Shown in pieces: positions 24,597 through 35,700 of a stretch of DNA of 64,000 nt. Location of the stretch: NCBI GenBank assembly GCA_013239625.1, contig MU053876.1, positions 51,394-115,393 on the forward strand, read 5' to 3'. Both the position numbers and the translations under genes were made by a program. The notes under the pieces were generated by a model. That model ran no database searches. It was not told the DNA's origin and was given only the letters and a program-made list of their open reading frames with translations. Within the stretch, counting starts at the first letter, position 1. The number at the start of each line of letters is the position of its first letter. Origin of the DNA: Lama guanicoe. Lineage: Eukaryota.

Positions 24597-25422
24597 CAAG
24601 CATTCTGTTCCAAGTAAACGCAGGGTGCCGAGGTTCCAAAGAAAAGGAACATTAACCTGGGGTATTGGATTTGGTGAGTGAAGAGAGAGGGTGTGAGCTC
24701 TGATCCAAGTCTGAAGGAACAGTAGTTTTGTTCCATCAGAGCTCACACGTGACAAACAGAAGTCAAAACCAAGCGACACAGAACGCCGTTCAGCTCAGGC
24801 TGACTTTGAACTGATCGCCGAGACAGTCTCTGAAGGATGCTCTGTTCAAATGCCTTTCTCCATACGCTGTGTTTGAATGTGTACAACCTGGGGAAGGGAA
24901 ATTCATTTCATTGTGATTAACCAGGATCACTGAGCCCTGTGATGCTGGGAAGTCAATGTAGGGAGACTTTCCAAATTCTTTACAGGAATTAGGAGGCAGG
25001 GGTGGGGTTCTCCTGCCACCCACACCCAGCTGTGTGCTGGGGCAGCTGTACCCCTGTGGTTCTCACTCCCCCCAGGTACCCCGATTCTGGGATATGGTAC
25101 CACACCCTCCCCGCCTTGGACCTGCAGCCCTGGGGGCAGCCCCGCCTCGCCCTCTCACTGACCTCTCCTGGGCTCAGCATCCCCTGGCCGCCACCCCCTA
25201 AGTGACAACTTCTATCACAATCTTTTCTATTTGAAAGACTGGCGTGGTGTCAGGTTTCCTGGCTGGGCTCTGCCTGATAAAACCAGCTAGCTCCTTTCAA
25301 GCAATGAGTTTTAACCATGGCACAAGGCATTTGCTGCAAACTTGACCATCTTAATCACCCAGGTTAAAGTTCCTTTTCTTTGGAACCTCAGTGCCCTGTG
25401 TTTACTTGGACTAGAATGCTTG
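24597..25422. repeat. 65-bp inverted repeat (arms 24597-24661 and 25358-25422)
   Basis: Arm 2 equals the reverse complement of arm 1 with 7 mismatches in 65 (manual alignment). Confidence 0.9.
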
Positions 25423-25453
25423 ATCTTAATCACTAAGTACATTCACATGGTTC

Positions 25454-26071
25454 TGATGCAGGAAAAACGGGTGTGGGGCATGAGGAGGGCCGGTCCCAGG
25501 CTTCGGTTGAGCCCCTGGGACGTGCCCCACCAAGCGTGGGTCCTTGACTTCGCGCAGGAAAAAACTCAAGAGCGAGCCACAGTTGAGTAAAGGTAGATTT
25601 ATTCAAAAAGATACAACGAAAGGCAAGAGAAAGGCCATGAGCTGTGGGGTTGGGTGCTCAGATTAAAAGTAGGTACACACTCCATAGACAGAGTGCAGCC
25701 ATCTCCGAATGGGCAGAGAGAGGCGGCCTTGAGGCACCGTGTTGCTAGTTTTTATGGGCTCAGTGGCTTCATATGCTACTAAGTGGAAGGACCAGTCTAA
25801 GTAGCCTGGGGAAGGGGCTGAGATTCCCAGGAAGTTGGCCATTTTCCACCCTTTGACCTTCTGTGGCCAGCCTTGGGGCTGCCGTGGCGCCTGTGGGCGT
25901 GTTATTCACCATGTTACTATTGCAATGGGCGTATAATGAAGCTCAAGATCTACTAGAAGTCAAATCTCCTGCCATCCTGAGCCTCAAGGCCTCCTGGGGG
26001 TTGAGTCTTCCACCATTTTGATGTTAATTGCTGCATCATTCCTTGATGGGCCCTGCCCTCTTCCTGTCTCA
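25454..26071 (-). mobile_element. ERV1-like solo LTR (618 bp, TG...CA, 4-bp TSD GTTC)
   Basis: gttc|TGATGCAGG...CCTGTCTCA|gttc. AATAAA on the minus strand near 25600. A 4-bp TSD is typical of class I ERVs. Confidence 0.85.
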
Positions 26072-26670
26072 GTTCTTCAACCTTCACCCCACCCTCCCCT
26101 TAGTCCACCTGGAGAACTCTTCTCATTTGCAAAACTGAAACTCTTCCCCCAGGAAACAGTGACTCCTCATTGCCCCTCCCCCGTTGGCCCCGGGCAACCA
26201 CCCATCTGCTTTCTGTATGAAGCTGACCCCCAGGTGCCTCCTTTCGTGGCTTATGGCCCTTCACATAAGGTCTTCAAGTCTCATCTATGCTGTAGCACGT
26301 GCTGAGTTTCCTCCCTTTTTAAGAATAAACACCATCCTCTCCTAGGTATATACCATATTCTGTTCATCCATTCATCTGCTGATGGACACTTAGCGATTAT
26401 GACTAACACGGCTGGGGATGTAGGCATACAAATATCTCTTTGAGCCCCTGATTTCCGTTCCTTTGGGCATATACCCAGAGCTGGAATGGCTGGATCAGAT
26501 GGTAATTCTATTTTTAGTTTTTTGAAGATTGTTTTCCATAGTGGCTGCACCGTGTCGCAGTCTCCCTCACAGCCCACGGGGGTTCTAATTTCTCCACATG
26601 CTCGTCAACACTGGGTATTTTCTGTCTTTCTGATAGTAGCCAGCCTTGTGGGAGGACGGTGGTTTCTCAC
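26072..26670 (-). mobile_element. L1MB-like 3' region (continues from 25434-25453, split by the LTR)
   Basis: Antisense L1 ORF2 end (QPLWKT..LKIELPSDPAIPALGICPKE..) and 3' UTR taagtacattcaca...gcaaaactgaaactct. Confidence 0.85.
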
Positions 26671-27404
26671 TGTGGGTTTTAGCTCTGAGAGGCAGTTGGC
26701 TCTGAGAGGCAGAGATCATGACTCAGTCTTGTCCTCAGATCCTATGCTGAGCACAAAACCTATTGCTTTTCTACGTTTTATTACAAGTTTAAGTTAGAGA
26801 CTTGCCAATGCCCAACGCTGAGGCCTGGGGTGGGGATGTTAACATAAGACGGGTCTTCTTCAAGTCCCACCTCAGTTACTGTATGACCTTGGACAAGTCT
26901 GTTGGCCTTTCTCTCTGACCTCATCATTTCACTGTGAATCGTAGCCCCTGCCACACACAGCTAGAAAAATTACGTTTTTCCTATGTATTTACTTTTGCTC
27001 CATCTTCTTAGCTTTAAATATTTGATGCTTCATACCTTGCTGGCTTGTTTGTATAATTAAACCTTCACAAGCTTTTGTTGACCGAGTATCTGTAACAAGA
27101 ACTGAAAATGTGCATGTTGCTTCCCCTGGTGGCAGAGCTTCAGAGAGGTGACTAACTTAGGGTCCATGTCCCTGATGTCTGATCATATAATTTCAAATCC
27201 TAACCCCACCACCAGGACATGGGTGACTTTGGAAAGTTACCTCAATTATTAAAGTTCTCTGGGCCTCAGATTCCCCATCTGTAACATGGGTACAGTCCCT
27301 GTTCCTCTCCGTTTGGCTTGTTGCGGGGATAAAATGATCAAAGGACCTCAAGTGCTTCCTTCTCACACTGATAAAGACACATCAGGGATTACTAGACTCC
27401 ATTT

Positions 27405-27521
27405 GTTGGGGGGGGAAGTAATTAGGTTTACTAATTTATTTTTAGAGGATACACCGGGGATTGAACCCAGGACCTCGTGCATGCTAAGCATGCGCTCTAC
27501 CACTGAGCTGAACCCTCCACC
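27405..27521 (-). mobile_element. vic-1-like SINE with 13-bp TSD
   Basis: tRNA-like head. TSD ctagactccattt at 27392-27404 and 27522-27534. Confidence 0.9.
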
Positions 27522-29774
27522 CTAGACTCCATTTTAACTGCAAATTTAAAATCTTAATGGACCAACTCTTGAAAGAGCCCTTGACACTTTCATCCCATAG
27601 AGAGGATTCCAGTTTGGCTGTTACAACACATGGATAAGGGTGAAAAGGACACTTCTGCCCCAATCTGGAGCCCTCGCCTGCTTTTCCCAGACTCCAGGGC
27701 GCACAGGAACATGGTATCAAGTCAGGTCACCTGCCCGCGGGGGTTGGATGAGCCCCGAGGGCCTGGTTTCCCCTCCGCAGGCTCGGATGGTGGAACTCCC
27801 GGGCATTGTGGGTTCTGTGCAGTTCCAGGAGGGCAGAAATCCAGGTTTGACCAACAACCCCAAACCCGGCCGAGCACGGTCTACTTACAGCAGCACTTCT
27901 GTTCAACCACAGTCCCCAACTCTCAGCAGGAAGGACTGGCGAGCCTGATTCACTCACTTCTTCCCTGAGAGAGAGGGCAAAGCATCCCACCCCCTTGTGC
28001 ATTTCTCCATTCATCCCACAAGCCTTTCCCGCGGGCCCGTGCCAGGCGCTGAGTAAAGAGACCAGAAATACAAGACACGGCTCTAACCCTCGGGAGCTCG
28101 GGAGCCTGGGAACCCAAGGGGCCCGCTCAGCCTCAGGGGTGCCAGAGGAGACGTTAACAAGGAAGAAAAAAAGGGAGGGTGTGTGCCGTCCCAGGTGGGA
28201 AGGACACTGGGGACAGGGACGTGGAGGGTGAGAGGCACGTGGCAGGACCTCCAGCATGCACAGGAGAAATGATCGGGTGATGGAGGGTTGGCTGAGTCCA
28301 GATTATGAAGGCACTTCTGCGTCATGGAAGGAGTTCAGATCTTAGACCACCTGTGCTGTGGAGGATGGGGGGGGGTTAAGTTGGAAGTCAGAAGAGTTAG
28401 GAGATGTCTCTGATGACCCTATAACGAAGAGTGAGACCCGAAGGTGAGGAGACCAACCAGGACACCCCAGCCGTAACAGAAGCAAGGAATACAATTTTGA
28501 CACAGTCAGTGGCCACACAAAGGAAGAGAAAGCACTGAATCCTAAATCAGAATCAGCAAGTATGACCAAGAGGACTGGGTGAGTCATTAGGTGTGTTTGC
28601 TGTTTCTAAGTGAGGAGTTCCAAGACCACCAGGCAGACCATAATATCCTCTGACCACGTGTGCGCACAACACGCACGATTGGAAACGATGGTCAAAGTAA
28701 GAGTAAACTCCACGTGCCGCGTAGTGGTCAGATTTCACCCAGGGCTGACCCACTGGACCATCAGCTACGCCCCGGAGTGTCAGGGACCAACAGACTCTGT
28801 GGAATTCCTGTGGAGGAGAAAACAGGAGAAACCCAAAGCTTCGACATGGTGCGCATTTTTGCTTCTATGTTAACAGCGTTCCTCGCTCTGAAGGTTCCCT
28901 CGAGTCGTGTGTCATGAAATTAAGACATGTTCTTCTGTGTGAGACCTCAAACATCCAAAGATTCTATTTTCCATTGTCTCCAAGCAACTCTTCACTTAAC
29001 CGTGTCCAGCCAACGAGAACCCATTGGTTCTATTTTGTGGGATCACCAGGCAAAGATGTTCCCTAACCTCCTTGAGGAATCCAGTCTCGGTCTTAAAGCC
29101 CTTCCCATGATGAAAACCCTGCTGGTGACTACAGTCACTTTCTCCTATGACCAGGTAAGTCTGTCCCCTTGTGTCACTTGGAGTGTGCTGCAGGAAAGCT
29201 GGGTACCAAAGGCAAAGACTTGCCATGGATTGGACTGGATGAACGATGATGAATTCTCCCTCAGGGGTCAAAGCAAGGTGAGTTACAATAATGTGCCGAA
29301 AATTACACTTCCCAGGTTCCAGAGCGAATCACTCACCACTTGTAAAGAAATGGACCTTGGTTTGCAGTGGGAGAAATAATGGCCTGGGGCAGCTCTGAGA
29401 TTGTATATATATTTTGGATAAGGCAACCATTTGGGATTATGTCATTGAAACACACCATGGGAGAACACAACTAGCATATGTTTTATAGTCATTTCCTGTG
29501 CCTAAGAAGGTCTTGGTAAGTTGGATGACTGGCACTTTCCCTGGTCAAGTGTTGGCCACGTGTTGAGAAGATATCAGCAGTCTGGGCCATAGGTATTAGA
29601 CGATTAGAATCCAGTGTTGGAACGCGGGGAAACAAAACAGGAGATAAGAACTGAAACACAGAGTCAGTTCAAGGCTGAAACCCAAAACGAAGTCCAAGCT
29701 ATTTGTTTCAGTAAAGATGTTTGGGGCTGCGAGCAACCAAAAACAACTCAAACTATTTTAACAACATAGGATTA

Positions 29775-30340
29775 TATTCAGTAGCAAAGACATAGAAACA
29801 ACCTAAATGTCCATTGACAGATGAACTGGGTAAAGAGGCTGCAGTGTATTTATACAATGGAATACTACTCAGCCATGAAAAAGAATAAAATAATGCCATC
29901 TCCCACAACATGGATGGACGTGGACTTGGACTTGGAGATCATCATTCTAAGTGAAGTAAGCCAGAAAGGGAAAGATAAATATCATACGATGTCATTCATA
30001 TGTGAAATCTAAAAGAAAAGACACCAATGAACTCATCTACAAAACAGAAATAGATTCACAGACGTAGTAAACAAACTTACGGTTACTGGAGGGAAAGGGG
30101 GGTGGGAAGGGATAAATTGGGAGTTTGAGATTTGCAATACTAACTACCATATATAAAATAGATAAAAAAACAAATTTCTTCTGTACAGCACAGGGAACTA
30201 TATTCAATATCTTGTAATAACCACTAATGAAAAAGAATATGAAAACAAATATATGTATGTGTATATATGTATGACTGAAACATGACTCTGCACACTAGAA
30301 ATTGACACATTGAAACTGACTATACTTCAATTACAAAAAC
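29775..30340 (+). mobile_element. L1 3' end (ORF2 tail + 3' UTR)
   Basis: ORF2 C-terminal-like peptide YTMEYYSAMKKNKIMP...IILSEVSQ and the canonical 3' UTR. Confidence 0.9.
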
Positions 30341-31539
30341 CACATATGAGCTTTATTGGTCCATGGAACTACAATGACTCGGAATTGTGCAGTTCATGGC
30401 ACAGGTTGAACTGGACTCCGCTTCATTTCATTACTGTTCTCTTGGACCTGTCTTCCTCTGTTGTATCATCTTTATCCTCAGGCTAGCTCTCCAATTTTTA
30501 GACTACATTATGTCATGTACCCTCCCAGGAAGCAGTCACCATGGCCAGCAGAAGAGGATGATCTGATTGACGTGAGCCAATCATGTCCTGCCCCGGGTCT
30601 GGGCGTGGTGGCCAGTCCCACCGAACCACCTGCCTGTCCCAGCAGAAAGGGGCGGGGTAGACCCTGGAGAGGCACCAGTGCCCATTGCAATGCCCGCTGA
30701 GTCGGTGGGCACGGAAGCGGGAGGGTGAAGCCAGAGAAGAGGAAAGCAAAAAAACCCTGAATTCAAAACAGTTCTGGCTCCAGCACCTGACTCGATGCCC
30801 GGGGCACCAGCGACCCTCACGCTGGAGCAAAGCCAGCTTCAGAAAGCAGGTTGATTTTGTCCTTCTGGCTGTGACGGGTACCCAGGAATAAATCCTGCAG
30901 GAAGACTGCAGCTGAGACCTCCATTCACGACAGTCACTTCCCGATTTTAATTGTTAAGAAAAGAACAATGATGGTTGTAATGCCAGACAGCTCGTGGCAG
31001 TAAATCACCGCTTTAGAACAAGTAAAAGAGGCCTTTATTCTTTCGAGCATCTGATGGACTATTTAGTAAATGTCTGCTGTTAAGGATAAAGTAGAACTCA
31101 GAAACGCTAAACATTTCATTAAATAAAACAGCTTGTTTCCTTAGCGCTGCGCTGTGTGTGGTGACAGGATGTTCCAGGACGGACCGAGATCCTCTGACAG
31201 GAACAAGTTCACAGGGTGATGTTGAGTAGTGAAGGGGGATGGGTCACAGCCGCCGGGAAAGTGCCTCTTACGGTTTATCAAGATCTGGGTACAAATACCA
31301 CAGGTTTTGTTTTCACTGATGTCAAGAAAGTCCCTCTAGAAACAAATCGATTAGTAAATCTCTTGCGCAGTACTTGGCAAATAGCAGGTGCTCGATAAAT
31401 GTTCATGGAATTATTTCTTGAGCACCTGGTAAGTACAGGACGGGCACTGATGGAGGTTTAGCAGACCCTGCGCTTAGCTCTGGGCGCTCACGGTTCCTGA
31501 GCATGTGGTGGCTTCTGTGACGAGCATCGCAGACTGGGT

Positions 31540-31870
31540 TCGAGGGAGGTGCTTGTTCTGCACGTGGGGCTGGCTTGTACTGTCCCTAAGAGCAGGTCTC
31601 AACCAGTGGCAGGCGGGGACGGGTGGAGACGTGCCCCAGCTTCCTGGCCCCTCAGGTGGGGCAGCTCAGAGACGCGCTTTGTGCTGCATCACGGATGGCT
31701 GCAGTGGGGTGGAGCCCCCGCTGCCTGCATCACTAAGATGCTCATCCATACGCACGGCATTGGCTCCCTTGCCTTTTCTCCTCTTCCCTCTTTCCTGCCA
31801 GTGCTTCCTGGGGTCACGTCCTAAACACACCCGTCTTGCTCGTGACCTGGTCTCACATGGGCTCCTGAAA
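31540..31870 (+). mobile_element. LTR16-like ERVL LTR relic
   Basis: ctcaaccagtgg...ccccagcttcctggcccctcaggtgggg...ccagtgcttcctggggtcac resembles recalled LTR16A. Confidence 0.6.
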
Positions 31871-31897
31871 GGACACCACCTACCACCATAGCCCTTC

Positions 31898-32362
31898 TTT
31901 TTTTTTTTTTAATGTATATATGTTTGTTTTCATATTCTTTTTCACCATAGGTTACTACCAGATATTGAATATAGTTCCCTGTGCTATACAGTATAAACTT
32001 GTTTATTTTTTATATATTAGTACCTGCAAATCTCAAGCTTCCAATTTATCGCTTCCCAACCCCCTCCCCACCTGGTAACCATACGTTTGTTCTCTATGTC
32101 TATGAGTCTGTTTCTGTTTTGTAAATAAGTTCTTTTTTTTTTTTTTGAGAGTCCACATGTGAGTGATATCGTATGGTATTTTTCTCTCTTTCTGGCTTAC
32201 TTCACTTAGAATGATCATCTCTTGGTCCATCCATGTTGCTGCAAATGGCATTATTTTATTCTTTTTTATGGCTGAGTAGTATTCCATTGTAGAAATACAC
32301 CACATCTTCTTTATCCAGTTGTTGCCATGTCTTGGCTGTTGGAAGTGAACAGTGCTGCTGTG
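31898..32362 (-). mobile_element. L1 3' end
   Basis: Poly(T) plus antisense 3' UTR and ORF2 tail (TMEYYSAIKKNKIMPFAATWMD...). Confidence 0.9.
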
Positions 32363-32613
32363 ACCCCAGCCCTCCTAATAGACATTCTCACTCTCGTCCT
32401 GAAAACCAGAGCCATGATATCCAAGGGAAGGCAGCCCCAGGAGAGGGGCTCTTATTGGGATCCGCCCAACCTGCCCATCTCCTTTTCAGCTTTTCTGGCC
32501 AATCTTGCAAGCACAAGGGGGTTGTATGATCACCCGAGCCAATGAGAGAGGAGCACAGAGCTGATGGAAACCTTCTGGGGAGTCTCCCGTTCTGATAAAA
32601 AGTTACAGATGCA

Positions 32614-32748
32614 GGAGGGAAGGGTACAGTTCTGTGGTAGAGCGCGTGCTTAGCGTGCACGAGGTCCTGGGTTCAAGCCCCAGGACCTCCATCAAAATCA
32701 ATCAATAAATAAACTTCATCACCTTTGCCCCCAAAAATCTGCTAAAAA
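32614..32748 (+). mobile_element. vic-1-like SINE with TSD
   Basis: ggtagagcgcgtgcttagc...gaggtcctgggttcaagccccagg. Flanks aagttacagatgca / aagtttcagatgca. Confidence 0.88.
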
Positions 32749-35435
32749 GAAGTTTCAGATGCAACTGCCTGCTTCTACCTTGACAGTAACTGTGGTCCCA
32801 CGTGACGTTTGCTGCAACAAAGACATAAACAGCAAAGAAGGTGCTGCCCCAGCATCCGTGACCCAGCGAGCCAGGGGTAGAGCAACGGCCCAGCTCTGAG
32901 ACGTCTTCTCTCATGAGTCAAGTTCATTCAGTTTTCTGTTACCTGCAGCCAGAAGCAATCCTAACCTACTGATACCACTGCGTTAAGGATTGAAAGAGAC
33001 CAACAAGGAATGACCCGTGACTGTTTCACCAAGGAGTGAAAAGGAAGTTGTAGGATAATTAGAACCACGTTCATTAATTCTGAAATAAGGGGTGTGATGG
33101 GCCAGTTTGTTCAAGCACAGGCTGGACAACTCATGGGCACAGGCCCAAGCACCGGGAACTATTTGAGGCTAGAGGGTCGTTTAGGTGCCTTCCAGCCGTG
33201 AGTTTCCAGCCTCCTCGGGCAGCAGGAAAGGCGCAGATCAGAATAGTATTTCCAGAAAAGCTCAGGGAGAAAGAGGAGAAAGAAACGGGCTTTGAATGAT
33301 GGATGGGGCGTGAAGAGGGTGAAACGAGAGCAGGACAATTCAAGCAGGGGTTGGAAATACATGCCGCAGAAATACTGCCTGCGACCTGAAGTCTCAGAGT
33401 GGAAAGCCCTAAACTGGGACCTCCCCACGTCTTGCAAAAATGAGAGAAGATACAGCCACAGATGATGAAGGCAGCCAGGTATACACGCATCCGCCACCTC
33501 AGAAGAGCAGGTGTCACCGGGAATGCAGGCTCGGGCTGGTCCCGCTGACCCGGTTTACACCCTTCGAGGAAGAACCAAGTCAGCTCAATGGATAATGACA
33601 GAGGCGTTAACTTCAGTGACGCCACTTTCTGAAGATGAGCCGGGGTGTCGTGGGGTGTGACATTAAACACTGCACGTTAGAGAGAAGGAGAGACGGAGGC
33701 GGGACCCCGAGAGGAGCCTCTTGGCCGATCCATAATTAGCTCTTTCTTGACAAAACCCTGTCAGCTGGATGCTTTGTTTTAAAATGAAGAAACCGAGCCT
33801 AAGGGGTAATCACAAGGTAACTAAAAAATCTTTTCAGTAGTAACATAAACAACAGTGGAAGGAAATACATGGTTCCCCACTCATTCCAACCAGGCCCAAT
33901 GACCGTGTGCTCCGGTGATGATAAAAACCACTGGAGTCTCTGTTTTACAAAGCGCGGTCACGATGCTGCCTTGGACAAACCTCACAAAAACCTCAAGAGG
34001 TGGGTAAGTTAAAAATAATTCAATCCCTGTTTTACAGAGGAGGAAACCGAGGCTCAGAGATTAAGCAGTCAAGGTCACCTCGCTGGTAAGGGACCAGAAT
34101 TCAATTCATTCATTAGAAAATACAGCGGCCCGTTCTTTGTTTATTACTCCGCCCTGCCCTGTGGGTTTCAATACATGAAACCAGCTTGATGGCCAGCGCG
34201 GGTCAGTCTTGGCATGTCCGAGATGCAGGCTAGAACAGGAATCTTGGTAGAATCTGTCGATAAAGTCATTCATCCACTTACTTGTTAAACAAGGATTCAT
34301 TAAATGCCAACCACGTGCCAGGCACCATGCTGCGTGCCAGGGGTCCTCAGAGAAGGCACGGTCCTTGACCTCAAGGGGTTTACAATCCTTTCAAAGGCTT
34401 TCACATCTTTAAATTGCTGACCTCATCTTGAGATAGTTGCCTTGTGCAAGGACAGGCCTCCGGCCAGCTCTGCTGTTGGGGGCAGGACCTGCCATGGTTT
34501 GCTGACTCGATCACCCAGAACAAGGTGGTCCATGGAGGGGAACCAGAGAGGGCAGTGAGAGAGGTCAGGGAGGGAGGATGGAACATATTAAAGCCGAGAT
34601 CCCTTACAGAGCTGTGGGAGGAACTGAGGAAGTAATGGTCAGGATAGGGGTGCTGAGAGGCCAGAGGGAAGTCAGGGTGGGGACCAGGGCACAGGGCACA
34701 AGCAATCTGGCCGTCACCTCCTGCCGCTGGGCCAGGTCACCCTGGGGCACCTGGAGTCGGGGTTGGGGACTGGGCAATTGGAGCCCACAGGCACGTCTGA
34801 GCCTCCCTCATCACGGCCACCTCCCTGGTGGCTTTTACCCCAACAGGAAAAACTCAGCTAGAATCCTTTCACCAAACCACTAAAAACGTAACCGAAAGAC
34901 AGATGTACGTACATTTGTATAAGTAGATATTCATTCCGTATGATTCATGAGCCTAAAAACACGTTCCCAATTGTAAACCACCAAAACAATAGGAAAAGGT
35001 TACATAAGTTATGATGCAGCCATCAAATTATATTGTTTTTAAAACTGATGATTTGGGGGAAAGATTGTATTATACTATATGGGAAAGTGTATGTGAGGGG
35101 TGTGTGTGTGTGTGTGTATGTGTACACCAACGATGCAACTTTTATAAAATTCCTCTCACACACACACACAGGAAAATGACCAGAAGGAAATATATCACAA
35201 TCCAAATGGGAGGTTACAGGCAATTTTTATTTTCTTCTTCCTGTGTTGTTTCTCCCTGAGTGGTTATATAGTGAGAATTCTACATTGGTTAGTGTACTTC
35301 ATCCATTCATTCACACAGGCTTTTTTTTTTTTTGGTTTGTTTTCTGATGTGTGTGTGTGTGTTCTGCCTTATTACATAAGATATGTACAGTTGAAATTCC
35401 CACCAAAAAAATCCGTATTTGTCTACTTACGTACT

Positions 35436-35700
35436 TATAATTGAAGCACAGCTGCTGTACAGTGTACACAAGTCGCAGGTGGACAATGCAGCACGGTCCC
35501 AGTTTCCACAGGGGACACCCCGCCTGCAGCATCGCAGACGAGCGGCTGTGGTCCCCGCTGCACAGCTCGGCCCGGTAGCCTGCTCTGGACCTAGCAGTTT
35601 GTCCCTCCCACTCCCCGACCCCAGGCTGTCCCTCCCTGCTCCCCTCTCCCCACTGAGAACCACTAGTTTGTCTTCTATATTGTGAGTCTGCCTCTTGTTG
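35436..35700 (-). mobile_element. L1 3' UTR relic, strongly GC-shifted
   Basis: Anchors aattgaagcacag..., tagcagtttgtccctc..., aaccactagtttgt...gtgagtctgc identify the same L1 3' UTR type as 7619-7780. Confidence 0.75.

Noticed and set aside
27455..27521. tRNA-like sequences (also at ~11490, 32620, 42800, 45900, 63930)
   Set aside because: These are SINE heads with SINE tails and TSDs and degenerate cloverleaves, not tRNA genes.
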